DNA of 64,000 nucleotides from Comamonadaceae bacterium. Lineage in GTDB: Bacteria; Pseudomonadota; Gammaproteobacteria; Burkholderiales; Burkholderiaceae_C. Made by a program: the position numbers and the translations under genes. Within the stretch, counting starts at the first letter, position 1. Every line of letters starts with the position of its first letter. This document shows positions 10,500-19,822 of this stretch, piece by piece. The stretch covers positions 4,367 to 68,366 of the forward strand of contig JAIXPL010000029.1 of NCBI GenBank assembly GCA_027486255.1, written 5' to 3'. The notes below the pieces were generated by a model, which searched no databases, was not told where the DNA came from, and saw nothing but the letters and a program-made list of their open reading frames with translations.

Positions 10500-10699
10500 C
10501 CCTGCCGTCGCCATCCTGCCGCTCACCTGTAGATCAGGAAGCAAGCACCGTGAGACTGAGCATCGACCTGCTGCCATCTTCATCTGTTACATTTTTAGAC
10601 GTTTTGAGACCCTGAATCAGGCCTCTCCAGGCGCCTTCAGGGCCTGGTTCCTGTCCCGGGCGTGCCTCTGCCAGAAACCTTTGTTCAGTACGGCCATCC

Positions 10700-11890
10700 A
10701 TGCTTCAAGATCCCCGCGAGGCTTCTCTCACACCCCGTACTGACGCTGCGGAAAAATTCTTTCATGAGCCAGGGCGGCCGCCCGTCGGCTTTGTGGCCTC
10801 CGGCGTCTCCCGCGTCCTTGAAGTCGAACTCACGCGTGCCCTGGCAGAACTGAAAAAGCACGGGGTTGAGGCGCCCGAGCCTTTGGACGCCCGCACCCAT
10901 GCCTTGCTGCAGAACACGCGCAAGCCCACGCCCTCGATTTTTAAGGCCTCCCCCCAGGCGCCTGCCGCTGCAGCGCAGGCCGCGCGCCCCGCGCCCCCTC
11001 AAGTTCGCTTGTTGCCGGCCATGGCAGCCACTGAGGCCTTGGGTGATGCACGCACCTACGAGGACGGCGCACCGCTGTACCGCCTGGGTGAGCGCGGCGA
11101 GCACATCTTCATTCTTCTGTACGGCCAGTTGCGCGTGTCTCAACAGGGCGATGGCAGTGCCGAACGCATCGTGGGGCCGGGCGAGGTGTTCGGCGAGCAT
11201 GCCCTCTTTGAAGAAGGGGTGCACACCGAATCGCTCACCGCCGTGGGCCAGGCCCGATGCGCCCTGGTGCGCGCAGCCGACCTGCGCAAGGCACTGGCCA
11301 CCGACACCACCTTGTTGCCCCACCTCATGATGTCCCTGGTGTTGCAGTACCGCATGGTCAGTGACATCACTGCGCGCATGGCTGCAGGCCTGGCGCCGAC
11401 CAAGTACGAGCTCATGGGGCAAAAGAGCCTCACGGGCTCCGAGATTCAGCGCGCCCTGCTGGACAACAAGGACGCCTCCACGGATGAAGCCCTGAGCAAA
11501 GCCCAGCGCATGTGTCTGAAGCTGCAGGGCACAGAGCTTATGCCCACACGTCTGCTGCGTGCCGGCATGAGCCTGGGCCGCCCGGGGGAGGAGCACCTGG
11601 GCCTGGGCATGATGCTGGTCAACGGTCGGGCCCAGATTCGCCTGGGCGAGCACCTGCTGCAACTGGGGCAGGGCAGTGTGGTCGGCGTGGCTGAGGGCCT
11701 CACGGGCAAGGACTTCAGCCTGCATTACGCCTCTCTGCAGGACATCAACGCACGGGTCTTTCCCATCGATCGGGCCATTCAGCGCCTGGACCGTGCCGAG
11801 CCGCTGCTGCGCAGCCTGGCTTCGCACCTGTGCGCCACCATCCTGGCCCAGCAGGCCGCCCTGGCCGCCTCCACCCCCAGCGCAAGCTGA
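10700..11890 (+). CDS. Tandem cyclic-nucleotide-binding domain protein (paralog B), no HTH
   Basis: YEDGAPLYRLGE...GPGEVFGEHALFEEGVHTESLTA; colinear with paralog A over its full length. Confidence 0.85.
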   Translation: MLQDPREASLTPRTDAAEKFFHEPGRPPVGFVASGVSRVLEVELTRALAELKKHGVEAPEPLDARTHALLQNTRKPTPSIFKASPQAPAAAAQAARPAPPQVRLLPAMAATEALGDARTYEDGAPLYRLGERGEHIFILLYGQLRVSQQGDGSAERIVGPGEVFGEHALFEEGVHTESLTAVGQARCALVRAADLRKALATDTTLLPHLMMSLVLQYRMVSDITARMAAGLAPTKYELMGQKSLTGSEIQRALLDNKDASTDEALSKAQRMCLKLQGTELMPTRLLRAGMSLGRPGEEHLGLGMMLVNGRAQIRLGEHLLQLGQGSVVGVAEGLTGKDFSLHYASLQDINARVFPIDRAIQRLDRAEPLLRSLASHLCATILAQQAALAASTPSAS

Positions 11891-12110
11891 CCCTTCAGAC
11901 CGTCCGAATTTTCTGAGCCGCAGGCCGTGCAAGCTGCAGGCCAGCGCTGCGCTGCATCCCTTGTCTCCGCAGGGACAAGCCTCAGGGATGAGCGCCTAGC
12001 TGATCAGGGGCCCCACCTACAATGGATTGGGCACGTCAAGAGCGTGTTCGTGGGGCGGCCCGCCGCTTCATGCAGAGCCGCCATCACCCAGGACAGGAGT
12101 CACCCAAGGC

Positions 12111-14216
12111 ATGACAGCGCAGTACCAAGTCCACGGCGACGTGGCCGTCATCACCCTGGACAACCCGCCGGTTAATGGCCTGGGCTACCTGACCCGCGTG
12201 GCCTTCACGCAGGGCCTGCAGCGCGCCGAAGAAGATCCCGCCGTGCGTGCGATCGTCCTCACGGGTGCCGGCAAGGCCTTCTCTGGCGGCGCCGACATCA
12301 AGGAATTCGGCAGCCCCAAGGCGATTGCCGAGCCCAACCTCCTGAGCGTGATCCTGGCCTGCGAGAACGCATCCAAGCCCGTGGTGGCGGCCCTGCACAG
12401 CGTGGCCATGGGCGGTGGTTTGGAGCTGGCCCTGGGCTGCCACTACCGCATTGCCGCTCCTGGCTGCAGCATCGCGCTGCCCGAGGTCAAGCTGGGCCTG
12501 ATTCCCGGCGCGGGCGGTACCCAGCGCCTGCCCCGCGTGCTGGGCGTGGAAGTGGCGCTCAACATGATCGTCGCCGGCGAGCCGGTCAAGAGCGAGCTGC
12601 TGGCCCAGGTGCCCGGGCAAAAGCTCTTTGACCGCCTGGCCAGCGCGCCCGACAAGCTCCTAGACGAGGCTCTGGCCCTGGCCCGCGAGGTGGCCGATGT
12701 CCGCCCGCTCCCCCTGGTGCGCCTGCTGCCCTGCAAGCACCCGCAGGGCGATGCCTACTTTCAGTTCGCTCGCAACATGGTCAAGGCCACGGCCCCGCGT
12801 TTTCCGGCGCCGCTGCAATGCGTGGACTCGGTGGAGCGGGCCACGCGCCTGCCCTTTGATGAGGGACTGGCCCAAGAACGCCAGACCTTCCTGAGCCTGA
12901 TGTGGACGCCAGAATGCCGGGCCTTGCGCCACCTTTTTGCGGCCGAACGCGCCGCCTCCAAGATTCCGGACGTGCCCGACGACACCCCCCGCCGCCCCAT
13001 CCAGGCGGTGGCCGTGGTGGGGGCGGGCACCATGGGCGGCGGCATCGCCATGAATTTCCTCAACGCGGGCCTGCCCGTGACCCTGCTCGAGATGAAGCAG
13101 GAAGCCCTCGACCGGGGCGTGGCCACCATCCGCAAGAACTACGAAGCCCAGGTGAAGAAGGGCAAGCTCAAGCAAGAGAAGTACGACGAGCGCATGGCCC
13201 TGCTGCGCACCACCCTGAGCTATGCCGACATAGCCCAGGCCGACCTGGTGATTGAAGCGGTGTTCGAGGACATGGGCGTCAAGGAAAAAGTCTTCAAGGA
13301 ACTCGACCGCGTCATGAAGCCCGGTGCCATGCTGGCCTCCAACACCTCCACGCTGGACCTCAATCAGATCGCCCGCTTCACGAAGCGCCCACAAGACGTG
13401 ATCGGCATGCACTTCTTCAGCCCTGCCAACGTCATGAAGCTACTGGAGGTGGTGCGCGGTGAGCAAACCGCCAAAGACGTGCTGGCCACGGTGATGGCCC
13501 TGGGCAAAAAAATCAAGAAGACCGCCGTGGTGTCGGGTGTGTGCGATGGCTTCATCGGCAACCGCATGGTCGAGCAGTACATCCGGCAAGCCGGCTTCCT
13601 GCTCGACGAGGGCTGTACGCCTGCCCAGGTAGACCGGGCGATCGAGACATTCGGCTTTGCCATGGGGCCTTTCCGCATGAGCGACCTGGCTGGCAACGAC
13701 ATCGGCTGGGCCATTCGCAAGCGCCGCTACGCCGAGCAGCCGGACATGCGTTACAGCAACACAGCCGACCTGCTGTGCGAGCAGGGCCGCTTTGGTCAAA
13801 AAACCGGTGCGGGCTGGTACGACTACCTGCCCGGCAAGCGCGATGCGGTGTCGAGCTCCGCGGTGGAGGCCATGATCGCCACGCACCGGGCTGGCCTGGG
13901 CATCACGCCGCGCCGGGTGAGCGACGAGGAGATCGTGCAGCGCCTGGTGTTCTCGCTCATCAACGAGGGCGCCCGCCTCCTGGAGGAGGGCATCGCGGCG
14001 CGCGCAGGCGACATCGACATGGTCTACATCACCGGTTACGGCTTTCCCCTCTGGCGAGGCGGCCCCATGATGTACGCCGACACCGTGGGCCTGTTCAACG
14101 TGGCGCAGGCCATGAAGCGCTTTGCCCGCAACCCGCTCGACGATGCCCGCTTCTGGCAAGCGGCCCCGCTGCTGGCCCGCCTGGTCGCCGAAGGCCAGAC
14201 CTTCAACCGGGTCTGA
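12111..14216 (+). CDS. Enoyl-CoA hydratase / 3-hydroxyacyl-CoA dehydrogenase multifunctional enzyme
   Basis: FSGGADI, GGGLELAL, PEVKLG; GAGTMGGGIA, EAVFE, SNTS, GMHFFSP. Confidence 0.95.
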   Translation: MTAQYQVHGDVAVITLDNPPVNGLGYLTRVAFTQGLQRAEEDPAVRAIVLTGAGKAFSGGADIKEFGSPKAIAEPNLLSVILACENASKPVVAALHSVAMGGGLELALGCHYRIAAPGCSIALPEVKLGLIPGAGGTQRLPRVLGVEVALNMIVAGEPVKSELLAQVPGQKLFDRLASAPDKLLDEALALAREVADVRPLPLVRLLPCKHPQGDAYFQFARNMVKATAPRFPAPLQCVDSVERATRLPFDEGLAQERQTFLSLMWTPECRALRHLFAAERAASKIPDVPDDTPRRPIQAVAVVGAGTMGGGIAMNFLNAGLPVTLLEMKQEALDRGVATIRKNYEAQVKKGKLKQEKYDERMALLRTTLSYADIAQADLVIEAVFEDMGVKEKVFKELDRVMKPGAMLASNTSTLDLNQIARFTKRPQDVIGMHFFSPANVMKLLEVVRGEQTAKDVLATVMALGKKIKKTAVVSGVCDGFIGNRMVEQYIRQAGFLLDEGCTPAQVDRAIETFGFAMGPFRMSDLAGNDIGWAIRKRRYAEQPDMRYSNTADLLCEQGRFGQKTGAGWYDYLPGKRDAVSSSAVEAMIATHRAGLGITPRRVSDEEIVQRLVFSLINEGARLLEEGIAARAGDIDMVYITGYGFPLWRGGPMMYADTVGLFNVAQAMKRFARNPLDDARFWQAAPLLARLVAEGQTFNRV

Positions 14217-14246
14217 CATGCCTACCCGCCCCACTGGAGTTTCTGC

Positions 14247-15425
14247 ATGAGCCGAGCCCTGATTGTTTCCACCGCCCGCACGCCCCTGGCCAAAAGCTGG
14301 AAGGGCGCCTTCAACATGACCCATGGCGCCACCCTGGGCGGGCACGCGGTTCAGCATGCCCTGGCGCGCGCCGGGGTGGAACCCGGACAGGTCGAGGATG
14401 TGGTCATGGGCTGCGCTCTGCCCGAAGGCGCCACGGGCAACAACATCGCGCGCCAGGTGGCCCTCATGGCCGACTGCCCCGTGGGTGTGTCCGGCATGAC
14501 GGTGAACCGCTTTTGCTCCTCGGGCCTGCAGAGCATCGCCCTGGCGGCTCAGCGCCTGATGGCCGGGGAGGGCGATGCCTATGTGGCCGGCGGGCTGGAA
14601 TCGATCTCCTGCGTGCAGCAGGAGCTCAATCAGCACATGCTGCGCGACCTGGCCCTGGCCAAGAAAAAGCCCGAGATCTACTGGAGCATGCTCGAGACGG
14701 CCGAGCAGGTGGCGCGCCGCTACGGCATTGGCCGCGAGGCCATGGACGAGTACGGCGCGGCCAGCCAGCAAAAAGCCTGTGCGGCGCAGGCGGCCGGCCG
14801 CTTTGACGAAGAAATCGCCCCCATCACCGTGACGGCGGGCATCGCCGACAAGACCCTGGGCCTGATCACGCGGCAAGTCACCGTCAGCCGAGACGAGGGC
14901 ACCCGCGAGGGCACCACGGCCGAAGGCCTCAGCGGCATCAAGCCTGCGCTGCCGGGCGGCATGATTTCCGCCGGCAACGCCAGCCAGTTCAGCGACGGCG
15001 CCGGCGCCTGCGTGCTAGTGAGTGAAGAATTCGCCAGCCGCCAGGATCTGAAGCCCCTGGGCCGCTTCCTGGGCTTTGCGGTGGCCGGCTGCGAACCCGA
15101 CGAAATGGGCATCGGCCCGGTGTATGCCGTGCCCAAGGTGCTCAAGCGCCTGGGCCTGACGGTGCAGGACATCGACCTCTGGGAACTCAACGAAGCCTTT
15201 GCGGTGCAGGTGATGTACTGCCGCGACCGGCTGGGCATTCCGAACGAGCGGCTCAACGTGAACGGCGGCGCCATTGCGCTCGGCCACCCATACGGCGTGA
15301 GCGGCCAGCGCCTGACCGGCCATGCCCTGCTGGAGGGTCGCAGGCGCGGCGCCAAGCGGGTGTGCGTGACCATGTGCATTGGTGGCGGCATGGGCGCGGC
15401 CGGTGTGTTTGAGGTGATTGCCTGA
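14247..15425 (+). CDS. Acetyl-CoA C-acyltransferase (thiolase)
   Basis: [27 protein letters not shown]. Confidence 0.95.
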   Translation: MSRALIVSTARTPLAKSWKGAFNMTHGATLGGHAVQHALARAGVEPGQVEDVVMGCALPEGATGNNIARQVALMADCPVGVSGMTVNRFCSSGLQSIALAAQRLMAGEGDAYVAGGLESISCVQQELNQHMLRDLALAKKKPEIYWSMLETAEQVARRYGIGREAMDEYGAASQQKACAAQAAGRFDEEIAPITVTAGIADKTLGLITRQVTVSRDEGTREGTTAEGLSGIKPALPGGMISAGNASQFSDGAGACVLVSEEFASRQDLKPLGRFLGFAVAGCEPDEMGIGPVYAVPKVLKRLGLTVQDIDLWELNEAFAVQVMYCRDRLGIPNERLNVNGGAIALGHPYGVSGQRLTGHALLEGRRRGAKRVCVTMCIGGGMGAAGVFEVIA

Positions 15426-15426
15426 C

Positions 15427-15630
15427 ATGCCCCATTCCGACAAACTCGCGCGGCTCCACACCCTGATCTGGGTGCTGATCTTCGGCGGCCTGATGGCCCT
15501 GGTCTTCGGCCTGTCCCTGCAGCGTTACCGGCCCGCGGCCGGCATGGTGTTCATCGTCGGCGGCGCGCTGATTGCACTCATCGGGGCCGTCCTGATCTTC
15601 GTGCGCGCACGCCTGAAATCCACAGAATGA
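15427..15630 (+). CDS. Small two-TM membrane protein
   Basis: Two hydrophobic helices; tightly packed within the operon. Confidence 0.65.
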   Translation: MPHSDKLARLHTLIWVLIFGGLMALVFGLSLQRYRPAAGMVFIVGGALIALIGAVLIFVRARLKSTE

Positions 15631-15661
15631 CGAATTCCTTTCCCCTGAAAAACGCCAAACC

Positions 15662-16453
15662 ATGAGCCGACGCATCCAACAACTTTTTGACCTGACCGGG
15701 CGCACCGCCTTGGTGACCGGTGGTTCCCGCGGCCTGGGCCTGCAGATGGCCGAGGCCCTGGGAGAGGCAGGCGCCCGCCTGGTGATCAGCTCGCGCAAGG
15801 CCGCCGACCTGGAGGAGGCCGCTGCCCACCTGCGCGCGCGCGGCGTGGTGGTGGACTGCATCGCCGCCGACTGCGCCAATCCCGAGGACATTGAACGCCT
15901 GGTTAAAGCCAGCCTGGAGCGCCTGGGCCACATCGACATCCTGGTCAACAACGCCGGCGCGGCCTGGGGTGCACCCGCTGAAGACCATCCGCTGGAGGCC
16001 TGGGACAAGGTGATGAACCTGAACATCCGCGGCTACTTCCTGCTCTGTCAGCAGGTGGGGCGCCTGTCCATGATCCCGCGCCGGCAGGGCCGCATCATCA
16101 ACCTGGCCTCGATTGCCGGCCTGGGCGGCAACCCGCCCGAGATGAAGACCCTGGCTTACAACACCTCCAAGGGCGCGGTCGTCAATTTCACGCGCGCCCT
16201 GGCCTGCGAGTGGGGCCACTACGGCATCACGGTCAACGCCATCTGCCCGGGCTTTTTTCCCAGCAAGATGACGGCCGGCACCTTGAAGGCGCTGGGTGAG
16301 GACGAACTGGCCTCGCATGCACCGCTCAAGCGCCTGGGTGACGACGAAGACCTCAAAGGCCTGTGCGTGCTCTATGCCTCTGATGCCGGCAAGCACATCA
16401 CCGGCCAGTGGCTGGCGGTGGACGGCGGCGTGTCGGTTGTCACCGGCGGATGA
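15662..16453 (+). CDS. SDR family oxidoreductase
   Basis: TGGSRGLG, NNAG, YNTSK. Confidence 0.92.
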   Translation: MSRRIQQLFDLTGRTALVTGGSRGLGLQMAEALGEAGARLVISSRKAADLEEAAAHLRARGVVVDCIAADCANPEDIERLVKASLERLGHIDILVNNAGAAWGAPAEDHPLEAWDKVMNLNIRGYFLLCQQVGRLSMIPRRQGRIINLASIAGLGGNPPEMKTLAYNTSKGAVVNFTRALACEWGHYGITVNAICPGFFPSKMTAGTLKALGEDELASHAPLKRLGDDEDLKGLCVLYASDAGKHITGQWLAVDGGVSVVTGG

Positions 16454-16463
16454 TTCCCCCAGG

Positions 16464-16892
16464 ATGACGAACATCATGAGCTTTGGCGCCCACATCCCCT
16501 TCGTCGAGGAACTCGGCTTTGCCATCACCCACTTTGAGGGAGGCGAGGCCACCCTGGTCTACACGCCCCGCCCGGAGCACCGCAATTCTTTTGGGGTCAC
16601 CCACGGCGGCGCTGTGATGACTCTGCTCGACGTGACCATGGCATCGGCCGCCCGCAGCGTGCAGCCCGAGATGGGCATGGTCACCATCGAAATGAAAACC
16701 TCCTTCATGCGCGGCGCCCCCGGCGACGGCAGCCCGCTCACGGGCCGGGGCCGCTTGCTGCACCGCACCACCAAGATGGCCTTTACTGAGGCGAGCATCT
16801 TCGATGCCCAGGGCCAGCTCTGCGCCCACGCCACCGGCACCTTCAAGTACATGGCCCGGCCTGCGACCGCTCCAGTCGCGCCGCCTGCTTGA
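16464..16892 (+). CDS. PaaI family thioesterase
   Basis: N.FGVTHGGAVMTLLD hot-dog fold motif. Confidence 0.9.
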   Translation: MTNIMSFGAHIPFVEELGFAITHFEGGEATLVYTPRPEHRNSFGVTHGGAVMTLLDVTMASAARSVQPEMGMVTIEMKTSFMRGAPGDGSPLTGRGRLLHRTTKMAFTEASIFDAQGQLCAHATGTFKYMARPATAPVAPPA

Positions 16893-16911
16893 GCCCAACC
16901 CGGGAGTCACC

Positions 16912-17928
16912 ATGCCCCAGAACCAGCAGTTCCTGCTCGCCAGCCGTCCCCAGGGCGAAGCCTCTGCCTCCAACTTTCGCCTCGTCACGTCCGAGACTCC
17001 AGCCTTGCAAGAGGGCCAGGTGCTGGTGCGCCACCACTACCTGAGCCTGGACCCCTACATGCGCGGCCGCATGAACGAGGGCAAGAGCTACACCGCGCCG
17101 CAGCCACTGGACGAGGTGATGATCGGCGGCACCGTGGGGCAGGTGGTCGAGAGCCGTTCGCCCCGTTTTGCCGTGGGCGACTTCGTCGTGGGCATGGGTG
17201 GCTGGCAGCTTTACAGCGTGGTCGACGGCGCGCCTGCCGGTGGCCTGCACAAAGTAGATGCCACGCGCGTGCCGCTCTCGCACTACCTGGGCGCCGTAGG
17301 CATGCCGGGCGTCACCGCTTGGCACGGCCTGGTGCGCATCATCGAGCCGCGTGCCGGCCAGACCGTGGTGGTGAGCGCCGCTTCAGGGGCGGTGGGCAGC
17401 GCGGTCGGGGTGCTGGCGCGCGAGCGGGGCTGCCGTGTGGTGGGCATCGCCGGCGGTGCGGCCAAGTGCGCCTACGTCAAAGACGAGCTGGGCTTTGACG
17501 ACTGCATCGACTACCGCGCGCACGCCGATGCGCTGTCGCTCTCGAAGGCGCTCAAGGCGGCCTGCCCAGAAGGCATCGACGGGCATTTCGAGAACGTGGG
17601 CGGCATGGTGCTGGACGCGGTGATGCTGCGCATGAACGCCTTTGGCCGCATCGCCGTGTGCGGCATGATCGCCGGCTACGACGGCCGGCCCATGCCCATG
17701 GCCTACCCCGCGCTCATTCTGGTGCAGCGCCTGAAAGTGCAGGGCTTCATCGTCAGCGAGCACATGGAAGACTGGCCGCCCGCACTCAAAGAACTCGGCG
17801 CACTGGTGGCCAGCGGCCGCTTCAGGCCCCGAGAAACCGTGGCCGAGGGCCTGGCAGCGGCGCCCGAGGCCTTTCTGGGCCTGCTCAAGGGCCGCAACTT
17901 CGGCAAGCAACTGGTTCGTTTGGTTTGA
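16912..17928 (+). CDS. NADP-dependent oxidoreductase (prostaglandin reductase/CurA-like MDR)
   Basis: SLDPYMRGRM, GMPGVTA, SAASGAVG, FENVGG, GRNFGK. Confidence 0.92.
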   Translation: MPQNQQFLLASRPQGEASASNFRLVTSETPALQEGQVLVRHHYLSLDPYMRGRMNEGKSYTAPQPLDEVMIGGTVGQVVESRSPRFAVGDFVVGMGGWQLYSVVDGAPAGGLHKVDATRVPLSHYLGAVGMPGVTAWHGLVRIIEPRAGQTVVVSAASGAVGSAVGVLARERGCRVVGIAGGAAKCAYVKDELGFDDCIDYRAHADALSLSKALKAACPEGIDGHFENVGGMVLDAVMLRMNAFGRIAVCGMIAGYDGRPMPMAYPALILVQRLKVQGFIVSEHMEDWPPALKELGALVASGRFRPRETVAEGLAAAPEAFLGLLKGRNFGKQLVRLV

Positions 17929-17951
17929 GTAGATTGGTCTGAGGGCCCGCC

Positions 17952-18887
17952 ATGCACGATCTCATCCTGCACCACTACCCCGCCTCGCCTTTTGCAGAAA
18001 AGGCCCGCCTCATGATCGGCCATAAGAAGCTGGCCTGGAAGTCGGTGCACATTCCCATGGTGATGCCCAAGCCGGAGCTGACTGCGCTCACCGGCGGCTA
18101 CCGCAAGACCCCGGTGCTGCAGATCGGTGCGGACATCTACTGCGACACCGCGCTGATTGCCGATGTGCTGGAGCACCGCCAGCCGCTACCGCCGCTCTTT
18201 CCCGAGCCCTGCAAAGGCCTGTCGCGCACCCTGGCGCAGTGGGCCGACAGCACCCTGTTCTGGGCCGCGCTGCCCTACAGCACCCAGCCGGCGGGCTTGG
18301 CGCAAATGTTTGCCAACATTGAGCCGGCGCAGGCCCGCGCCTTTGGCGAAGACCGCAAGGCCATGGCCCTGAGCCTGCCCCGGCCCCGGCCGCTCGATGC
18401 CGCAGCCGCCTACAAGTCTTACTTGCGGCGCCTGTCCGACATGCTTGACGGCCGTGACTTCTTGCTGGGCGAGGCGCCCAGCGTCGCCGACTTCGCGGCC
18501 TACGCCCCGCTGTGGTTCACCCGGGTGCAGACGCCGGCCCTGGCCGACATCCTGCGCCTGACCCCGGCCGTGCTCGACTGGATGGACCGCATGGCCGAGA
18601 TCGGCCACGGCCGCGCCGCGCCCTTCAGCGCCCAAGAGGCCATCGAGGTGGCCCGGCAAAGCACGCCGCTGCCCGTGGAGAGCGAGTTCTTCCAAGACGA
18701 GCATGGCATTCCCTTGGGCAGCCAGGTGAGCATTCAGGCCGAGAGCTTTGGCCAGGAGCCGACTGAGGGCGAGCTGCTGGTGGCCAGCCGCACGCACTAT
18801 GTGCTGCGCCGCACCGACCCGCGCGCCGGCGTCTTGCACGTGCACTTTCCGCGCATTGGCTACGCGCTCAAGGTGCTGAAGGCCTAA
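17952..18887 (+). CDS. Glutathione S-transferase family protein
   Basis: HHYPASPFAEK, GGYRKTPVLQIGADIYCDT, C-terminal VHFPRIGY. Confidence 0.9.
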   Translation: MHDLILHHYPASPFAEKARLMIGHKKLAWKSVHIPMVMPKPELTALTGGYRKTPVLQIGADIYCDTALIADVLEHRQPLPPLFPEPCKGLSRTLAQWADSTLFWAALPYSTQPAGLAQMFANIEPAQARAFGEDRKAMALSLPRPRPLDAAAAYKSYLRRLSDMLDGRDFLLGEAPSVADFAAYAPLWFTRVQTPALADILRLTPAVLDWMDRMAEIGHGRAAPFSAQEAIEVARQSTPLPVESEFFQDEHGIPLGSQVSIQAESFGQEPTEGELLVASRTHYVLRRTDPRAGVLHVHFPRIGYALKVLKA

Positions 18888-18889
18888 GC

Positions 18890-19783
18890 ATGCTCGAACG
18901 CTTTGAGGGCGCCACGGCCGTGGTGACCGGTGCAGGCTCGGGCCTGGGCCTGGAACTGGCGCGCGCGGCCGCTCGGCGCGGCATGCGCCTGGTGCTGGTC
19001 GATGTGCAGGCCCAGGCCCTGAACAACGCGGCGCAGGAGCTGCGGCAGGCCGGCGCGCAGGCCTTGGACTTCACGCTGAACGTGGCTGACGCCGCCGCCA
19101 TGGAGGGCCTGGCCCAAGCCGTGGTGCAGGCCTGGGGCGCGCCTCATTTGGTGTTCAACAACGCAGGCGTGGGCACCAGCGGCCTGCTCTGGGAGGCCAC
19201 GGCCGAAGAGTGGCAGTGGGTGTTGGGCGCCAACCTCATGGGCGTGGCCCACGGGGTGCGCTGCTTCGTGCCCCGCATGCTGGAGGCTGCTAGCCGCGAC
19301 CCGGCCTGGCGTGGGCATGTGGTCAACACCGCCAGCATGGCGGGCCTGGTGAACCCGCCCAACATGGGCGTCTACAACGCCAGCAAGCATGCGGTGGTTT
19401 CGCTCACCGAGACCCTGCACCACGACCTGGGCCTGGTGAGCACGCAAATTGGGACCTCGCTGCTGTGCCCCTTCTTCGTGCCCACAGGCATTGCCCAGAG
19501 CCAACGGCCCGGCGCCGACCCGGCACACGCCACCCTCAGCCAGCGCCTGGGCCAGCAAATGCTGGACAAGGCCGTGCAGTCCGGCAAGGTGAGCGCGGCC
19601 CAGCTTGCCGAGCACACCTTCCACGCAGTGGCCCGAGGCGAGTTCTACATCTACAGTCATCCGCAGGCCCTGGCCTCGGTGCGCACGCGCATGGAAGACG
19701 TGCTTGAGGCGCGCCAGCCCACCGACCCGTTGGCCGACCGGCCCCAGGTGCGCGAGATGCTTGGCCGCCAGCTCGGCGGCTGA
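18890..19783 (+). CDS. SDR family oxidoreductase
   Basis: TGAGSGLG, FNNAG, YNASK. Confidence 0.9.
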   Translation: MLERFEGATAVVTGAGSGLGLELARAAARRGMRLVLVDVQAQALNNAAQELRQAGAQALDFTLNVADAAAMEGLAQAVVQAWGAPHLVFNNAGVGTSGLLWEATAEEWQWVLGANLMGVAHGVRCFVPRMLEAASRDPAWRGHVVNTASMAGLVNPPNMGVYNASKHAVVSLTETLHHDLGLVSTQIGTSLLCPFFVPTGIAQSQRPGADPAHATLSQRLGQQMLDKAVQSGKVSAAQLAEHTFHAVARGEFYIYSHPQALASVRTRMEDVLEARQPTDPLADRPQVREMLGRQLGG

Positions 19784-19822
19784 AGCAGCGCCTCCTTTTT
19801 CCTTTCTCTCCACCCCTCATTC

